In this document: positions 1-12,133 of the stretch, piece after piece | Numbering within the stretch: position 1 is the first letter of the stretch | Layout of the letters: the number at the start of each line of letters is the position of its first letter | DNA from: Psammoneis japonica | Taxonomy: Eukaryota | Reading direction: 5' to 3' | DNA: 64,000 bases | Assembly: GCA_008632985.1 (NCBI GenBank) | Contig: QPGO01000178.1 | Location: 1 to 64,000, forward strand | Made by a program: the position numbers and the translations under genes | The notes under the pieces: model-generated | Databases searched by the model: none | What the model saw: only the letters and a program-made list of their open reading frames with translations | What the model was told of the DNA's origin: nothing

Positions 1-416
1 GCAACACTGGCAGGCAGGTGCATCAACAAAGAAGCACATGTCTGACTCCCTGCATTTTGGCATTGCACAAAGTGGCTCCATGACACCTTTTGGCTCACCC
101 CTGTTGAGCAAGTTTTCTCTCCTTCTCAAGACAGGTCCAAATTTTTTCTCAAAACATGGGAAAGCATGGAGCTCACACTGCAATCAAGTGGTTGAATTTT
201 GTGCCAAGTCACATCACAAGAAATTGGCACCCCCTTTTTCCCACCTGTTTCTTGGAGCCCCCAAAATCCATTGAATTGGCAAGCTTCTTGTGAGCCACAG
301 CTGTGGACATTTTGGAAAGCATGCAGGTGAGAAGCTCTTTGGGTGTGAAATGACAGAAAATCCCATTGTGCTGTGCTGGCTGTTTTGAGGAACCCAAGCT
401 GTTGGAACATTGGGGC

Positions 417-690
417 AAGGGGCAGTTTTTGCAGGACAGCAGACAGACAACATTGCAGCAGAGGATGTGCCATCAAGCTGACAATTGTGTTTGATGTGGC
501 AAATTTACATTTTTGCAACTTGGGTTGAGTTGTGGGTTTTGTGCTCACTTTTCAGCTTCTGCACCCGGTTGACACAATCACAGCAGTTGACAGCATTGGG
601 AATGTGGTGTTTTCAAGCCATGCAGCGAGCCTGGGGTTCTTGGCAAGACAGAGTGTGTGCCAGTTGGTGAGCCATGATGCTCCAACTCAG
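417..690 (+). repeat. Diverged direct repeat, second copy at ~2578-2840
   Basis: Shared words ttttgcaggacag, cagacagacaacattgcagca, ggttgagttgtgggttttgtgctca and agccatgatgctccaac occur in both copies; many differences are CA<->TG swaps. Confidence 0.85.
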
Positions 691-899
691 AAGCCAAAAG
701 TCACAGCAAAGCACTCAAAGGAGTTGTGTTGTTCAAAGAAAAAGAAGCAGTCTCTGGAGCACTCTTGCTGTGTGCACAGGGCAACTGCAAGGGTCTGCTG
801 AAGGAGGGTGCAGCAAGGTTGTGTTGGGCTGGGGCAATGTGGGCAAGGGGATGCAGCTGAATGTGGAAGCACAAAAGATTTAAAGGAGCGGGTGTGTGA

Positions 900-2170
900 C
901 ACCATTGCTGAGTTGGGTCAACAGGCAGAAAATTGGTGAGCATGTTGGAAGAATGTTTGGGCCAGAGAGGCAGGTGCTGGTGTCTCTGCCAAGACAGGAG
1001 AGCAAGTCAGAAGAGCTGAAGCATCCATTGGGAGTGACCACATTGGAAAGGAACAAAGCAATCTGGAGCAAGCAATGTGACCACAATCCAAAACAGAGTG
1101 CAATCTGTGAGATGCAGAAGGCAAAGGCATTTGGCAACATCGAGGGACAGTGCACAAAGGCTGTTTGTCACAAGGTTGAAGGAGCAACAAAGTTTGCAAG
1201 GGTTGCAAAGGAGTGGGAAGTGGTGGCATCATTGGGAGCTCTCAAGTTGATCTTCTTTGGTGCAAATGGGAAAATGTGCTCACATGCCCAGGCAGTCAAG
1301 GCTTGGATGCAGTTGGTGCTCATTCATCAGGACAAAGGAGAGGCACACTTAAAGATCATTGCAATTGGCTCACAAGTGCTGTTGAGATGGTGGAAACATC
1401 CTGCAGAAGAGTCGTCCCAGAAGAAATTGCCAAAAAAGAAGATGTGTTCAGCTTGGATGCTGATGACACCCGGAACAAAGAAAAGAGCAAGTTGTTGGCA
1501 GCAGCGCCAATGGAAGGTGCCAAGGAACAGCAGCATGTCTTCAAAGACCTGCACCAGCAGTTTGCAATGGGGGTTGACAGTTGCCCCAATTTGGCCGAGG
1601 AGGCACTGCAGCTGATGGACATGCGTGGAGCCAACAAGAAGCCCAAGGGGGCAAGTTTGTGCAAAATGAAAAGAAGCAGAGTGATCAAGTGCTGGAAATG
1701 TGACAAGGTTGGGCATGTGAGGGAGGATTGTCCATTGCTCAATGGCAACGATGATCATTCATTGGTGGAGTTGGATGATGCAGGCCACGGGAATCTGCAG
1801 AGTGGTCAAAGTGGTGTTGGATGGCATGATTTCTAAGTGTCATCCTCCTGTGCTCAATTTCTGTTGTGGCCAAGGAATGCCTGTTGGGAATGACTCTTGT
1901 TTCTGTTGCATCTTGCACATGACAAATGTGCATGGAACCAAATGTGTTGTCATGCTGGTGGGACCATGGTTGCATGATGCAAATGTGCACAGATTTCAAT
2001 GCATGATTTCACCAGTGGGACCATGGGCCACTGCTGGATTTGTTGCACTGGAAGCACCAGTCACCATTCACTGGGGTGCCACATGGTGTGCATTGCCACA
2101 TCATGTGCCAAGGCTTCTCTGGCTTGACCACAAAGACACATTGCTGGAGAAGTGCTGGAGTGCAACAGAC
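900..2170 (+). mobile_element. Degenerate LTR-retrotransposon gag(-protease) fragment, probably Copia-like
   Basis: CCHC zinc knuckle CWKCDKVGHVREDC at ~1690-1732, followed by a possible protease remnant (NDS...LHMTN, ~1890-1925). Boundaries approximate. Confidence 0.55.
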
Positions 2171-4169
2171 ACTTGAGAAGAAGTCAATTTCAAACCAGCA
2201 AAAACATTTCCAAAAACAGTGCAGAACAGAAGTGGGCAGAATTGCACTGCCAAACAATGTGATGATCACTTGACAGACAATTGAGTCACTGCTGCATTGT
2301 TGAATGCACAGCACACTGCGCCACCAACACAAGAAGTCCAGAACACATTTCATTTGCACTCTGGTGTCAACTGCTTCCATCTGAAAATTGTCCAAGCCAG
2401 ATCCACTCAAGTTCTTGTTGTTTGAGCCATTGAGCAAGCACAAGCATGGTGTCAAGGTCAACTTGAGTGCTGATGTGGAATGAGCATGTGACACATGGCC
2501 TGCCTTTGGGTTCCAGGCCAACTTTGTGCACAATCCTTCAATGCAAACATGTGGCACCAACAATGGACCATCAAGGTGAGGGGCAGATTTTGCAGGACAG
2601 ACAGACAACATTGCAGCAATGGACACTCTGATGATTGTGTGCAATGTGGTGAATTCACAGTTCTTGCAACCCAGGTTGAGTTGTGGGTTTTGTGCTCATT
2701 TTTTAGCTTCTGCACCTGGCCAACACAACAGCGGGTGTGATTGGCAGCATCAGGAATGTGTTTGCAAGCCATGTGGCAAGTTTGGGGTTGGTGAGACCAA
2801 GCATCATGTGCCAGCCGGCAAGCCATGATGCTCCAACACAAGCACCCTTGTCCAACTCAAAAAATTGCAGCAAAGCCCAGAGTTCACCCTTTGACAGCTG
2901 TGTCTCATCACATTTTAAGGGGTCAATTGACATGCCCTGATTTTCAGGAGCAAAACAACCAGACATTGTGCACCCCTTGTTCATCCAGACAAGCAATGCT
3001 GAGCCCAGCTCCACACATGCAATTGCCAGATCAAAACACCTGCCTTCACAAGGTGCTGGGGGGCAAGCAAGATCAGAGCCCTGGTTGACCATGCTGTCAA
3101 TGACTCTGCATTTTTTTCATGTTCTGCACAGTCTTCCCATGCAAAGCTGTGTCTTGCAACTTTTCAGGTGCAAAACAAGACCCTGACATGACTGCTTTGT
3201 CCATGCACACTCTCTTTGACCATGGACAACATTGTTGCCCATTTCTTTCATGGCAAACACCACCTGGAAAGTTCACACCTCCCACCTGTGACAGGACTGC
3301 ACTGAGTCATGCTCAAGCAACATCCATCATGCAACATCTGTCATCCATGGTCTCCATGCCTCATTCCTTTGGTGATTTTCAAACTGCAGATTGGTTGTTT
3401 GTTGGCTTGCTGCACAGCACTGTGTTTTTGAGCCCTGAACTTGGCCTCTCATTTGTGCAGCAAGGCTGGCACAAAACCTGAATTCTGGCATGGCCTCCTT
3501 TTCACAAAATGATGGATGTGACTGAACAAAAGCAACCTTGGTGGAATTCCCAGCCATCAAGCAATCAGGCTTTTTGTCATGGCTGTCACAACTCTTGCCA
3601 CAAATGTGACAGCAGCATTTGGCCCTGTGCGGCTTGTGTGCCACACATGGACTTTGTGCCTTTCAAAATCTCGGTTGCTTTGCGCGAATGCGCACATCGG
3701 CCCCATCCGCCCAAAATCAAGTGCTGCGTATCATGCTTCTGCGGTACTTTTCCAACGACGAGGTCAGAATTCAAAAACCATCAACGGTGAAAATGGCGTT
3801 CGTCTCTGCGATGCTCGTTTCAAAGACGATCGGTTCGATACGGCCGATAGTCCCTATCCTATGACTGACATGTACAACATATGGTATTGTGATGAAAAAA
3901 GTTAGTGTATTGAGTTGCAGTTTTGCGTCTTGTGGTGCAGTGTCGTGTTTTGATGTTTTTGGGGGTGTTGCCGCGTTGCCTGCCGTTGTCTTACTCACAG
4001 TCGTTTATTTCGTATCATGTTCCAGAGCAAGGTATTGATATTATATTATTCACAGTATTGAAGCCTTATGATTGATGTGGATTGAGTCATGGATTGTGGG
4101 GGGCGAACCAAGCCAAAGCGGCTGATCATTTGGGGACGCTGCAAGTGCCGCTTCGCATTGTTTGTCCAC

Positions 4170-4790
4170 GATGGATCGACTTGATACTCAACAAAAGCAC
4201 CTGGAACGACTTTGGAGTGTTATTGGGTATCTGATTCGTTTGGTGACGCATCCTTGCACGGTATGGCGTCAATCTTGCATCTCATTCTTGGTTGTTGATT
4301 GTTGGTTGTTGGCCGCGGGGTCGTGCACGACTGCTCAACTTGATGCTGCACTCAACAAAAGCACTTGGAATGACTTATATGCAACAATTGCAGAGTACTG
4401 TTGCGTATTTGATTTGTTTTGTGAAGTGTCCTTGCACGGTATGGCGTCAATCTTGTGTCTCATTGTTGCTTGTTGGTTGTTGGCCGCGCGTCGTGCACGA
4501 CTGCTCAACTTGATACTGCACACAACAAAAGCACTTGGAACGACTTATATGCAACAATTGCAGAGTACTATTGCGTATTGGTTTGTTTTGTGATGTATCC
4601 TTGCACGGTATGGCGTCAATCTTGTGTCTCATTGTTGGTTGTTGGCCGCGCGTCGTGCACGACTGCTCAACTTGATACTGCACTCAACAAAAGCACTTGG
4701 AACGACTTATATGCAACAATTGCAGAGTACTATTGCGTATTGGGTTGTTTTGTGAAGTATCCTTGCACGGCAGGGCGTCAATCTTGTCTG
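4170..4790. repeat. Tandem repeat, ~3.5 units of 162-178 bp
   Basis: tccttgcacgg recurs at 4251, 4429, 4598 and 4760 (periods 178, 169, 162). Units are highly similar and retain TA and CG. Confidence 0.95.
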
Positions 4791-5402
4791 GAGATTTGAG
4801 ACAGAAGCAAGCGGCTGGCTCACCACACCAGTCAGTGGTGAGCGCATGCAATAAGTTCAAGGGTGTAAAGCCCTTCTAAACCAACAGTATGAGCATTCTA
4901 AAAGTATAGCTATATTGTTCAGTAGTGAATTTTGTTTAAGACTGGACGTGGAGGGGTCACATCCGTGCCCACCCCGCGCTTCATGCGTGCCAATGCATGC
5001 AGGATACCAAGATGCTGCATCGACAAATATCCCGGAAAGCAACCGAGAAATGCGAAAGGCACAAAGTCCATTGGAAACCATCTGCTTTAACACACCATTG
5101 TCAGAAAAATCACAAATGATTGTGTCATTAAACTGTCAGGTTGTCATGCCACCACGTGCCACTCCAATTGCAGAAAATTGTGCTGTGATGAGAAAGTGAG
5201 TGTGTGCAAGAAAGAAAACCCTGTGTGCACAAAAACCACAAATTCCCAACACTCAATTGCACACCTGCTCTGGTGGATGCATCTGTGCACAATTCAGAAG
5301 TTGTCAGGTGTTCTGCATTCATGGCCACACAAAGCACTTTGATTGGCTGAGTGGAGACAACAATGCTGTGCAGAGTTGTGTGCTCAATTTTGAAGCCAAC
5401 CC

Positions 5403-5474
5403 CAGCTGAGTGAAAAAGAAAAAAAAAAAGCCAGCCTCAACTCTTTTTATTTTGTCATTTTGGCAACCTGAGGC
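5403..5474 (+). repeat. ~72-bp hairpin-containing tandem unit split by the LTR element; second unit at 11374-11451
   Basis: cagctgag..aaaaagccagcctca..ctttttattttg..ttttggcaacctga versus cagttgag..aaaaagagccagcctca..ctttttcattttg..ttttggtgacctga. Confidence 0.75.
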
Positions 5475-5479
5475 CAGCC

Positions 5480-5827
5480 TGCTGGGCATCTAGAATTGGC
5501 TGAAAATGTGAGAAACCTGGAGCTGTTGAAACAAAGATTCTCTGATTCTTGATGTGGCAGATTTGGCAACATTTTACAGATGAATGTGCACTCATCACCA
5601 ATCTCACCTGCCTTTCAATCTGTCTCACTCTTTGGAGTGAATCATCTGGTTGCACAAATTGCATTGTGGTGTCATCAGGTGCCTGCTGTGTCACAAGTTT
5701 GAAGTTTGTTGTTGAGAGCTTCCAGGCAAACCACAGCCACCAAAGCAGCCAAGGCAAGTGCAGGAGTGAGCAGCATGGGAAGCCTCACAGGATTTGCTTT
5801 TGGCGACATTGACTTGCTGGTTCAACA
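5480..5827 (+). repeat. 5' LTR
   Basis: Starts tgctgg, ends ttcaaca; colinear with 11025-11373 (aaaatgtgagaaacc, atctcacctgcctttcaatct, ttgagagcttccaggcaa). Confidence 0.9.
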
Positions 5828-8800
5828 TTCACTCAAAAGAGTTGCAAGCACTGTGTTTGGTGCTTGCAAAGAACACTGACCAGTGCATGTGATCTTCTGA
5901 CACAGGAGACCTGCATCATCAGTGGCAGGTGAGGAGGTGGATCCAATGGCAGAGGCTGAGGTTGCAACCAAGTCAGAGGTGACAAAGGCTGCAAGTCTTC
6001 GTGCAACAAAAAAAAGGCCAACCCAAAGAAAAACTTCAAGGCAGAGATGAAGTCTCACCCATCATCAATGAACAGCAATGGTCAAAACGCAGCATGCAAA
6101 GACATCAAGGAAAAGATCATCCATCACACACAGAAAGAGTGTGATCAGGGCATGCATCTGTCAAGGTCTTTGGAAGACATGAAGTGCAAGGAGTTTGCCA
6201 ATGAGAGCCCATGTTGAGGTTGCCAATGACGGTGGTCTCAGGGACAGAGTCTGCCAATTGTCAGACCAAATTGGCCAAAACGTTGTGAGAAGAAAGGCAA
6301 CTGGAGCACAAGCACAATGTCATGCAGCACAGCTGCGCAGCCTTGTGAGAGAATGCTGCCCAGGCAGGAATTTACACCCAAGAACCCTTGAGAAGGAATG
6401 GATGCATTGCTGAACCACCCAAAGGGCAATGATCCCACAACAAGAAGAACAATGAGCACTCCAATTGCAAGAGTGGAAACAGGGCCAATGATGAGTCCAA
6501 AAACCAAGATCAAAGTCATGCTCAGAGCAGCAATCAAGGTGGCACTGTGGTGTGTTGTTGTTGTGGTGAGCCAAACCACAAGTCCTCAGACTTAAGACAC
6601 AAAGACAAGATGCCACAAAGGGGGGGGGGGGGGGTGGAATGGAGGCCATTTGGGGCCCGCCAACAGATGTGCAAAAAGAAAAATGCCAAGCACACACACC
6701 ATTTTTTTATGAGAGGAACAACATTGTTGCAATTCTGCCTGAGATTTGCGAGAAGCAGAGAGAAGGCACAATCCTCTGCACCGCCATTTTGGAAGCATGT
6801 GGTGCCAAGCTGCTGCACACAATTGACAAGACAATCAAGCGCCAATCAAGTGTGAGACTGAAGTCCAAGAAGCACAACATTTTTGCAAAGCCTTGGACAT
6901 GATTCTCTGACAGCACAACACAAGTGTGATCCCAAGTTCAAGGACATGCTGGTGGAAGTCACGGATGGCATGAATCTAGAACTTGCATCTGCAAATGCCA
7001 AGGACCATGTTCTGGAAGTTGAGCGGAGCATGCAGAGCCATCAAGGAGCAAACACAAGCCACTGCACATCATGTCTGTGCAAGATGACACCCAAGTTGAT
7101 GTGCAAGCAAGCTGCAATCAAGAACACGACTGTCAAAGAGATTTCCAACACTTGCAGTCCACACACCAATGTGCAACAAAAAAAAACTTAAATGTGACAA
7201 ACACTTTGAGTTCAAATTTGAGGAATTTGTGATGTCCCATGTTGAGAACAATGCAACAAATGCTGTGGAAGCACACGGCATTGACAGTGTTTGCCTGTGA
7301 CCACATTTTGATTTGCCCAGAGCAGACACTTTGCCATGAACCTGCAAATGAGCAAGCAGTTGACTCCCTGCAAATGTGCCTCCATTCCCTTGGCCAACAT
7401 GCACATTGCAGCTTTCAAAGAGATGGCCATTCAACAAGGCATTGAGGAGCTCAAGTTCACAAGGAAGTGCAGAGATGATTTGTGTGATGCTGATTGGGCC
7501 CCCGCATGAGTGGACAATGACAAAAATGAAAGCAACAGCAACAGCAACAGCAAAAACAATGAAAGCAAAAACAATGCAAGCTGCACAACTGAGTCAGAAG
7601 ATGTTGAAGACTGTGAAGATGAGTCTGGCTCAGATGACAACCGTGGTGAAGCAAATGACACACCAGCTGACAAAAGATCTGGTCCAAACCAACAGCGCCA
7701 AATTCAAGAAGAACAAGAGGTCAAGGAAGACCCAGAAGATGACAAAAAATGCTGCAACAATGAAGAGTCTGAAGAGGACAATGACACTCATGCTGATGAC
7801 AGATGGGTGAGCAATTGCAGGAGGAAGAAGCAAGAGACATGCCATGTGCAGAACTGCAAGAAGTGGAAAAGGATTGGGTGCATCCTTCAACATGAAATCA
7901 CACAAAAACACAGAAAAAGTTTGATTTGCAGGAGTGGCAGATGCTGACAAAGAGGTGAACAAGCAATGCAAGGTTGAGCACTGCCATCATTCATGTGCCA
8001 ATGCAAGCCCCAATCCAGAGGACAATGTTGGACATGGAGTGGAGACAGCAATGGTGCTCACACACTTCATGTGTGAGATCAACAACTGACTCCAAAGTGG
8101 AGAGGGCACACATTTTGTCCAGCAACATTTCCTCCATGAAGGGCACAAAGCATTTGGCCAGAAGGGGCACATGATGCCTCAGAGAAAGAAATCAGACAGT
8201 CACATGACCAAGTGTGCTTTGCACCAGCATCAGCCAAGGATGTGACCCCAGCTGAAAGAGCCAAGGCCATGGCGGCCTTGACTCACCAAGAAACAAGATG
8301 GTCGTGTGAAAGGGCTGATGGTTCATGATGGCAAAGCAACCTGAGAGCAGCTGGACAAAGACAAGTCAGCCAGCCATGCTGCATCCCTGGAGGAGATGTT
8401 GATGATGGCAATTGTTGATGCTCATGAAGGACAAGATGTGATGAGCGCCAACACACCAAAGGCATTCACACTGACACACAGTCCATGCCAGAGCCTGAGG
8501 AAGACAAAGACCAGACAAAGATGAAGATTGGCCTCTTGCAGGAGTGCCAGCCAGTGTGCTGGTGAGCATTGATCCCAGCCTGCATGGACCTCATGTTGTC
8601 CTGAAAAAGGGAAAGAGAGTCCTCTGCCTTCAACTCATTGAGGCTGTCTGCAGCATGTCAATTGCTGCTTTGCTGTGGTGCAAACAGTTTTGCAAAGACT
8701 TGGGAGCAAATGGGGTTTAAGTTGAACCCATGCAATCTGTGCATTGCCAGCCAAACAGTCAAAGGCAAGCAGCGCACTGTTTGATTTCATGTGGATGACA

Positions 8801-11024
8801 AGTTGTTGAGCCACAAGAACCCAAAAGCAAATGACAATTGTCTGAGCTGGCTAAATGAGATGTGCAGAAGCCATGGTGAAGTCATCACTGCATGAGGCAT
8901 GACCCTGGATTTGAGACAACAGGGCAAAGTGAAGGTTGAAATGATCAACTGTGTTTGAACATGATTGACCAACTTCTGGAAAAGTCAAAGTGTGCAGATT
9001 TTTCTGTGACTCCAGCTGGAGAGAACACATTTGACACCAGCGGCACAAGACTGCCAATTGAGAAGGCACTGATCTTCCACACATGGGTGGCCAAGGGGCC
9101 ATTTGTGTGAAAGAGAGGCCACATGGACATGTGCCCCACTGTTGCTGCATTGTGCACACATGTCAGAGAATCTGCCAATGAGGGTCAGAGGAAGCCAATC
9201 CATTGTCTCTCAAGTGTGTGAATTGGATGAGAGACACAAAGTTGCTGCATTGAGCATGAAGGACCTCCAAGTTGTCAAGTGGTGCATGGATGGGTCATTT
9301 GCGGTGCACCCTGATTTCAAGAGCCACACTGCCTTGGAGGAGTCATGACAATGGGCAATGGGCAGTGCAGGCTGTTTCAAAGTGCCAGAAGCTCAGCAAC
9401 ACCTGAAGCAGCACAGAAGCTGAACTTCTAGGAGTTGATGATGCCATCACTGTGATGCTGTGGACAAAGCTGTTCATGGAACACCCAAGAGCATCCAATT
9501 GACAAGATCATCCTGCATCAGGACAACAAAAGCATCATCCCATTGGAGACCAGTGGGTGCAAGAGTGCTGGCAAGTGGTCCAGGGCAGTCAATGTTGGGT
9601 GTTTCTTTGTCACTGATCAAATCAAAAAGGGCAACTTGCAAGTGCAATGCTGCCCTGCTGATGACATGCTTGGAGACTTCATGACTGAGCTGTTGCAGAG
9701 CAAAAAGTTTCAAAAGTCCAAATGAGCCATTGTGAGCTGTTGGCTTTAAGTGTGACAAAAGTGGTCCCTGTTCTTTGTGACATCAGACAAGAATTCTGAC
9801 ACATGTGGGTGAAAGATCCCTGTGACCTGGAGAGGGTGACAAGCCAAAAAGGTCAAGCAGCCACAACTTGTTTTGACAGCAAACCTCAGCCATGAGCAAT
9901 GGCAACATGATTGAGAGTGGCCTTGAACTGACTTTAAGAAGTTCATGAAAACCGCACATGAAAAGGTTCAAGTTGTTGCCACTGAGGAGCAATGTGTGCA
10001 AGGCACAAGGTTTTTGCATGGAGTGATGCAAGAGCTCCAGGACAAAATCACACTGCTGTCTGCACATTTGCCACAATGCCACAGACTCAAACAAAGTGTG
10101 CAAAGAATGGAAAAAAGCAAAAATCAAATCTCCAGATGAGTGTTCCAAATGTGGGGAGCCAGAAGAAATGGGTCTGTGGAAAGGACCATGGATGCAGAGG
10201 TGCAAAGCAATGTCAGAGACATGCATTGTGAGAGCTGGGTGGAGTGACAAGTTAAAAGCACCATGTCTGCTGCTGCACTGATGTTGCCAAGTGGGTGCAC
10301 AGGACCAACACTTCTGGCAATTCCCAGGCAGCAGCCCCATGAGACAGCAGAAGACATGCTGTGATGAAATGCATGGCAATGATGAGGTTCACTCAAGAGA
10401 CAAGAAGTGCATTGCTGGAATGAGAGGCAACAACAATGTGTGCCAGCCTTCTTCCCACAGGAAAAGTCAGTTGCCAGTTTTCCTGCCTGTGGCATGGACA
10501 CCTTGTGAAACTCATTGGCGCAGATCTCACTGTTTCACAGGATCAACATGGACTCATGATGGATGACAATGGAGTTGTCTGTCATGCTTGAAAGCAGGCA
10601 TCATTTTTCCAGCATGAGATTCAATGGTCACACCACAAGAAGAGATGGCATTGTCCCAACATGGTGTTCCTGGAGTTGACTCTGGAGATGGTCAATGGCT
10701 GGATTGTGGAGCTGGTTCATGACCAGGACAATGAAGATGAAAAAGAAAAGCTTTGCCACACTTGTGTGGTGGAGTGTTTTGTTGAGTGTGTTTGAGAAGA
10801 GACACGCTCATTCAACAACTTGGTTGACCACAGTGACAGTGACAAGTGCACACATTTTTGTGCATTTGCAACTTGCAGAATGACAATGCTGAGAGTCCCA
10901 ACACAGGTGGCAGTGATGCCAAGAATCGGGCCTCCTGAACAGACTCGAAAGCCCTAAAACTGCAACAAGCCCAATGAGTGTGGGTGGCATGAATGGCAGA
11001 ACATCATTGCAAGCATCAGGAGTG

Positions 11025-11373
11025 TGTTGGAGCACCTGGAACGAGCAAAAAATGTGAGAAACCCAGAGCCATTGAAAAGAAGATTTTTCAACTCCTCACA
11101 TGGTGGATTTGGTGATGTTTTGAAGATGGGTGTGTGTTCCTCATCACTGATCTCACCTGCCTTTCAATCTTCCTCACTCTTTGAAGTGAATCACCTGGTT
11201 TGTGCATGAGTTGCATTGTGGCATCAGCAGGTGCCTGTTGTGCCACAAGTTTGAACTTCATTGAGAGCTTCCAGGCAAGCCACAGCCACCACAGCTGCCA
11301 GAGCAAGTGTGGCAAGTGGCACAGGAAGCTTTGCAAGATTCCCTTTTGGCAACATTGACTCACTGGTTTGACG
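11025..11373 (+). repeat. 3' LTR
   Basis: Starts tgttgg immediately after the PPT; colinear with 5480-5827. Confidence 0.9.
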
Positions 11374-12133
11374 CAGTTGAGCAAAAAAAGCAAATGAAAA
11401 AGAGCCAGCCTCAGCCAGCTCCTTTTTCATTTTGCTGTTTTGGTGACCTGACCGGCACAGAACTTAAAAACTTAAAAAGCCTGGCACACTTGGGTGTCTT
11501 TGGCGTGTTGTTGTTGGTGGTGTGCGACAAAAAACCAGCATGGACGAGGGCGATGATGATGGCCCATGATGGCAAATTTTTCTGAGCCTGTGGGTGCTGT
11601 TTCTTTTTTTGTTCAGTGCAAATGCAATGGGGTTGTGGGGGGTGGTGATTTTTAAGTGGCTGTCAAGTGGGGGGAGAGTTTTTGCACACACTTCCTGCCT
11701 CTTCTCGGTCGAGGCCCCACTCTTCAAGCAGCCAATCAACACCATTGAATGCTTCGTGCAGTGTCTGCACAGTGCAATTGGTCAGTCTGTTCCCCAGCGA
11801 GTGAGCTGGTTTTCCTTTCAATTTGGTCGCAAGGCTTTTGATTGGCTACAGTGCAGTGTTAGTAGAATTCCGGGTCCTGTGCGGTTCATGGGCTGACGTA
11901 GAGCAGAATTCTATTGTGTTCTAAATTCTGAAATTCTGGGTGTGTTATTCCCGGAAGAATTTCCTGTAGGACTTCCGTATGTCTCGTAGTATGACAGTTA
12001 TTTGTTCGATGACGTCGCCTGCAAACCGAAACCGCGACCAAATGAAATTCTGCTCACTTTTTTTGTGAACAACGTTGTTGATCTAAAACTGCAACGATCA
12101 CCTGACTTCTCCATCTCAGACTTTTTTTCAACA

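Larger units (their letters stand above)
1..3660. other. TpA/CpG-depleted degenerate repeat block A
   Basis: TA and CG nearly absent, TG/CA saturated. The few surviving TA are in ttaa/ctaa/ttag (e.g. ~880, 1349, 1834, 2704, 2916). ORFs lack Tyr and are C/H/W/Q rich. Normal composition returns at ~3670. Confidence 0.9.
5480..11373 (+). mobile_element. Near full-length but heavily mutated Ty1/Copia (CoDi-like) LTR retrotransposon
   Basis: LTRs at 5480-5827 and 11025-11373; polypurine tract caggagtg then tgttgg at 11017-11030. Remnants in Copia order: gag (~6100-6200), zinc knuckle CCCCGEPNH (~6550), integrase DHVLEVERS (~7003), RT LLWCKQF/KLNPC/FHVDD (8670-8800), RNase H KWCMDGSFAVHPDFKSHT (9277) and QCCPADDMLGDFMT (9645). 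Flanks cagcc/cagtt may be a diverged 5-bp TSD. Confidence 0.93.

Noticed and set aside
4170..4790. CRISPR-like array
   Set aside because: Whole units repeat with no unique spacers, there are no cas genes, and the context is eukaryotic.
6620..6634. Poly-G run (and poly-C at ~62724-62741) as G-quadruplex or regulatory elements
   Set aside because: Isolated homopolymers of unreliable length in this assembly, with no supporting context.
5403..11451. A ~72-bp target-site duplication made by the LTR element
   Set aside because: Better explained by insertion into a pre-existing tandem unit with a normal ~5-bp TSD (cagcc/cagtt).
1..11850. Dozens of 60-240 aa Cys/His/Trp-rich ORFs as novel small proteins or metal-binding peptides
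   Set aside because: They overlap in all six frames, lack Tyr, and follow from TAA/TAG depletion and TG/CA excess in decayed TE DNA.
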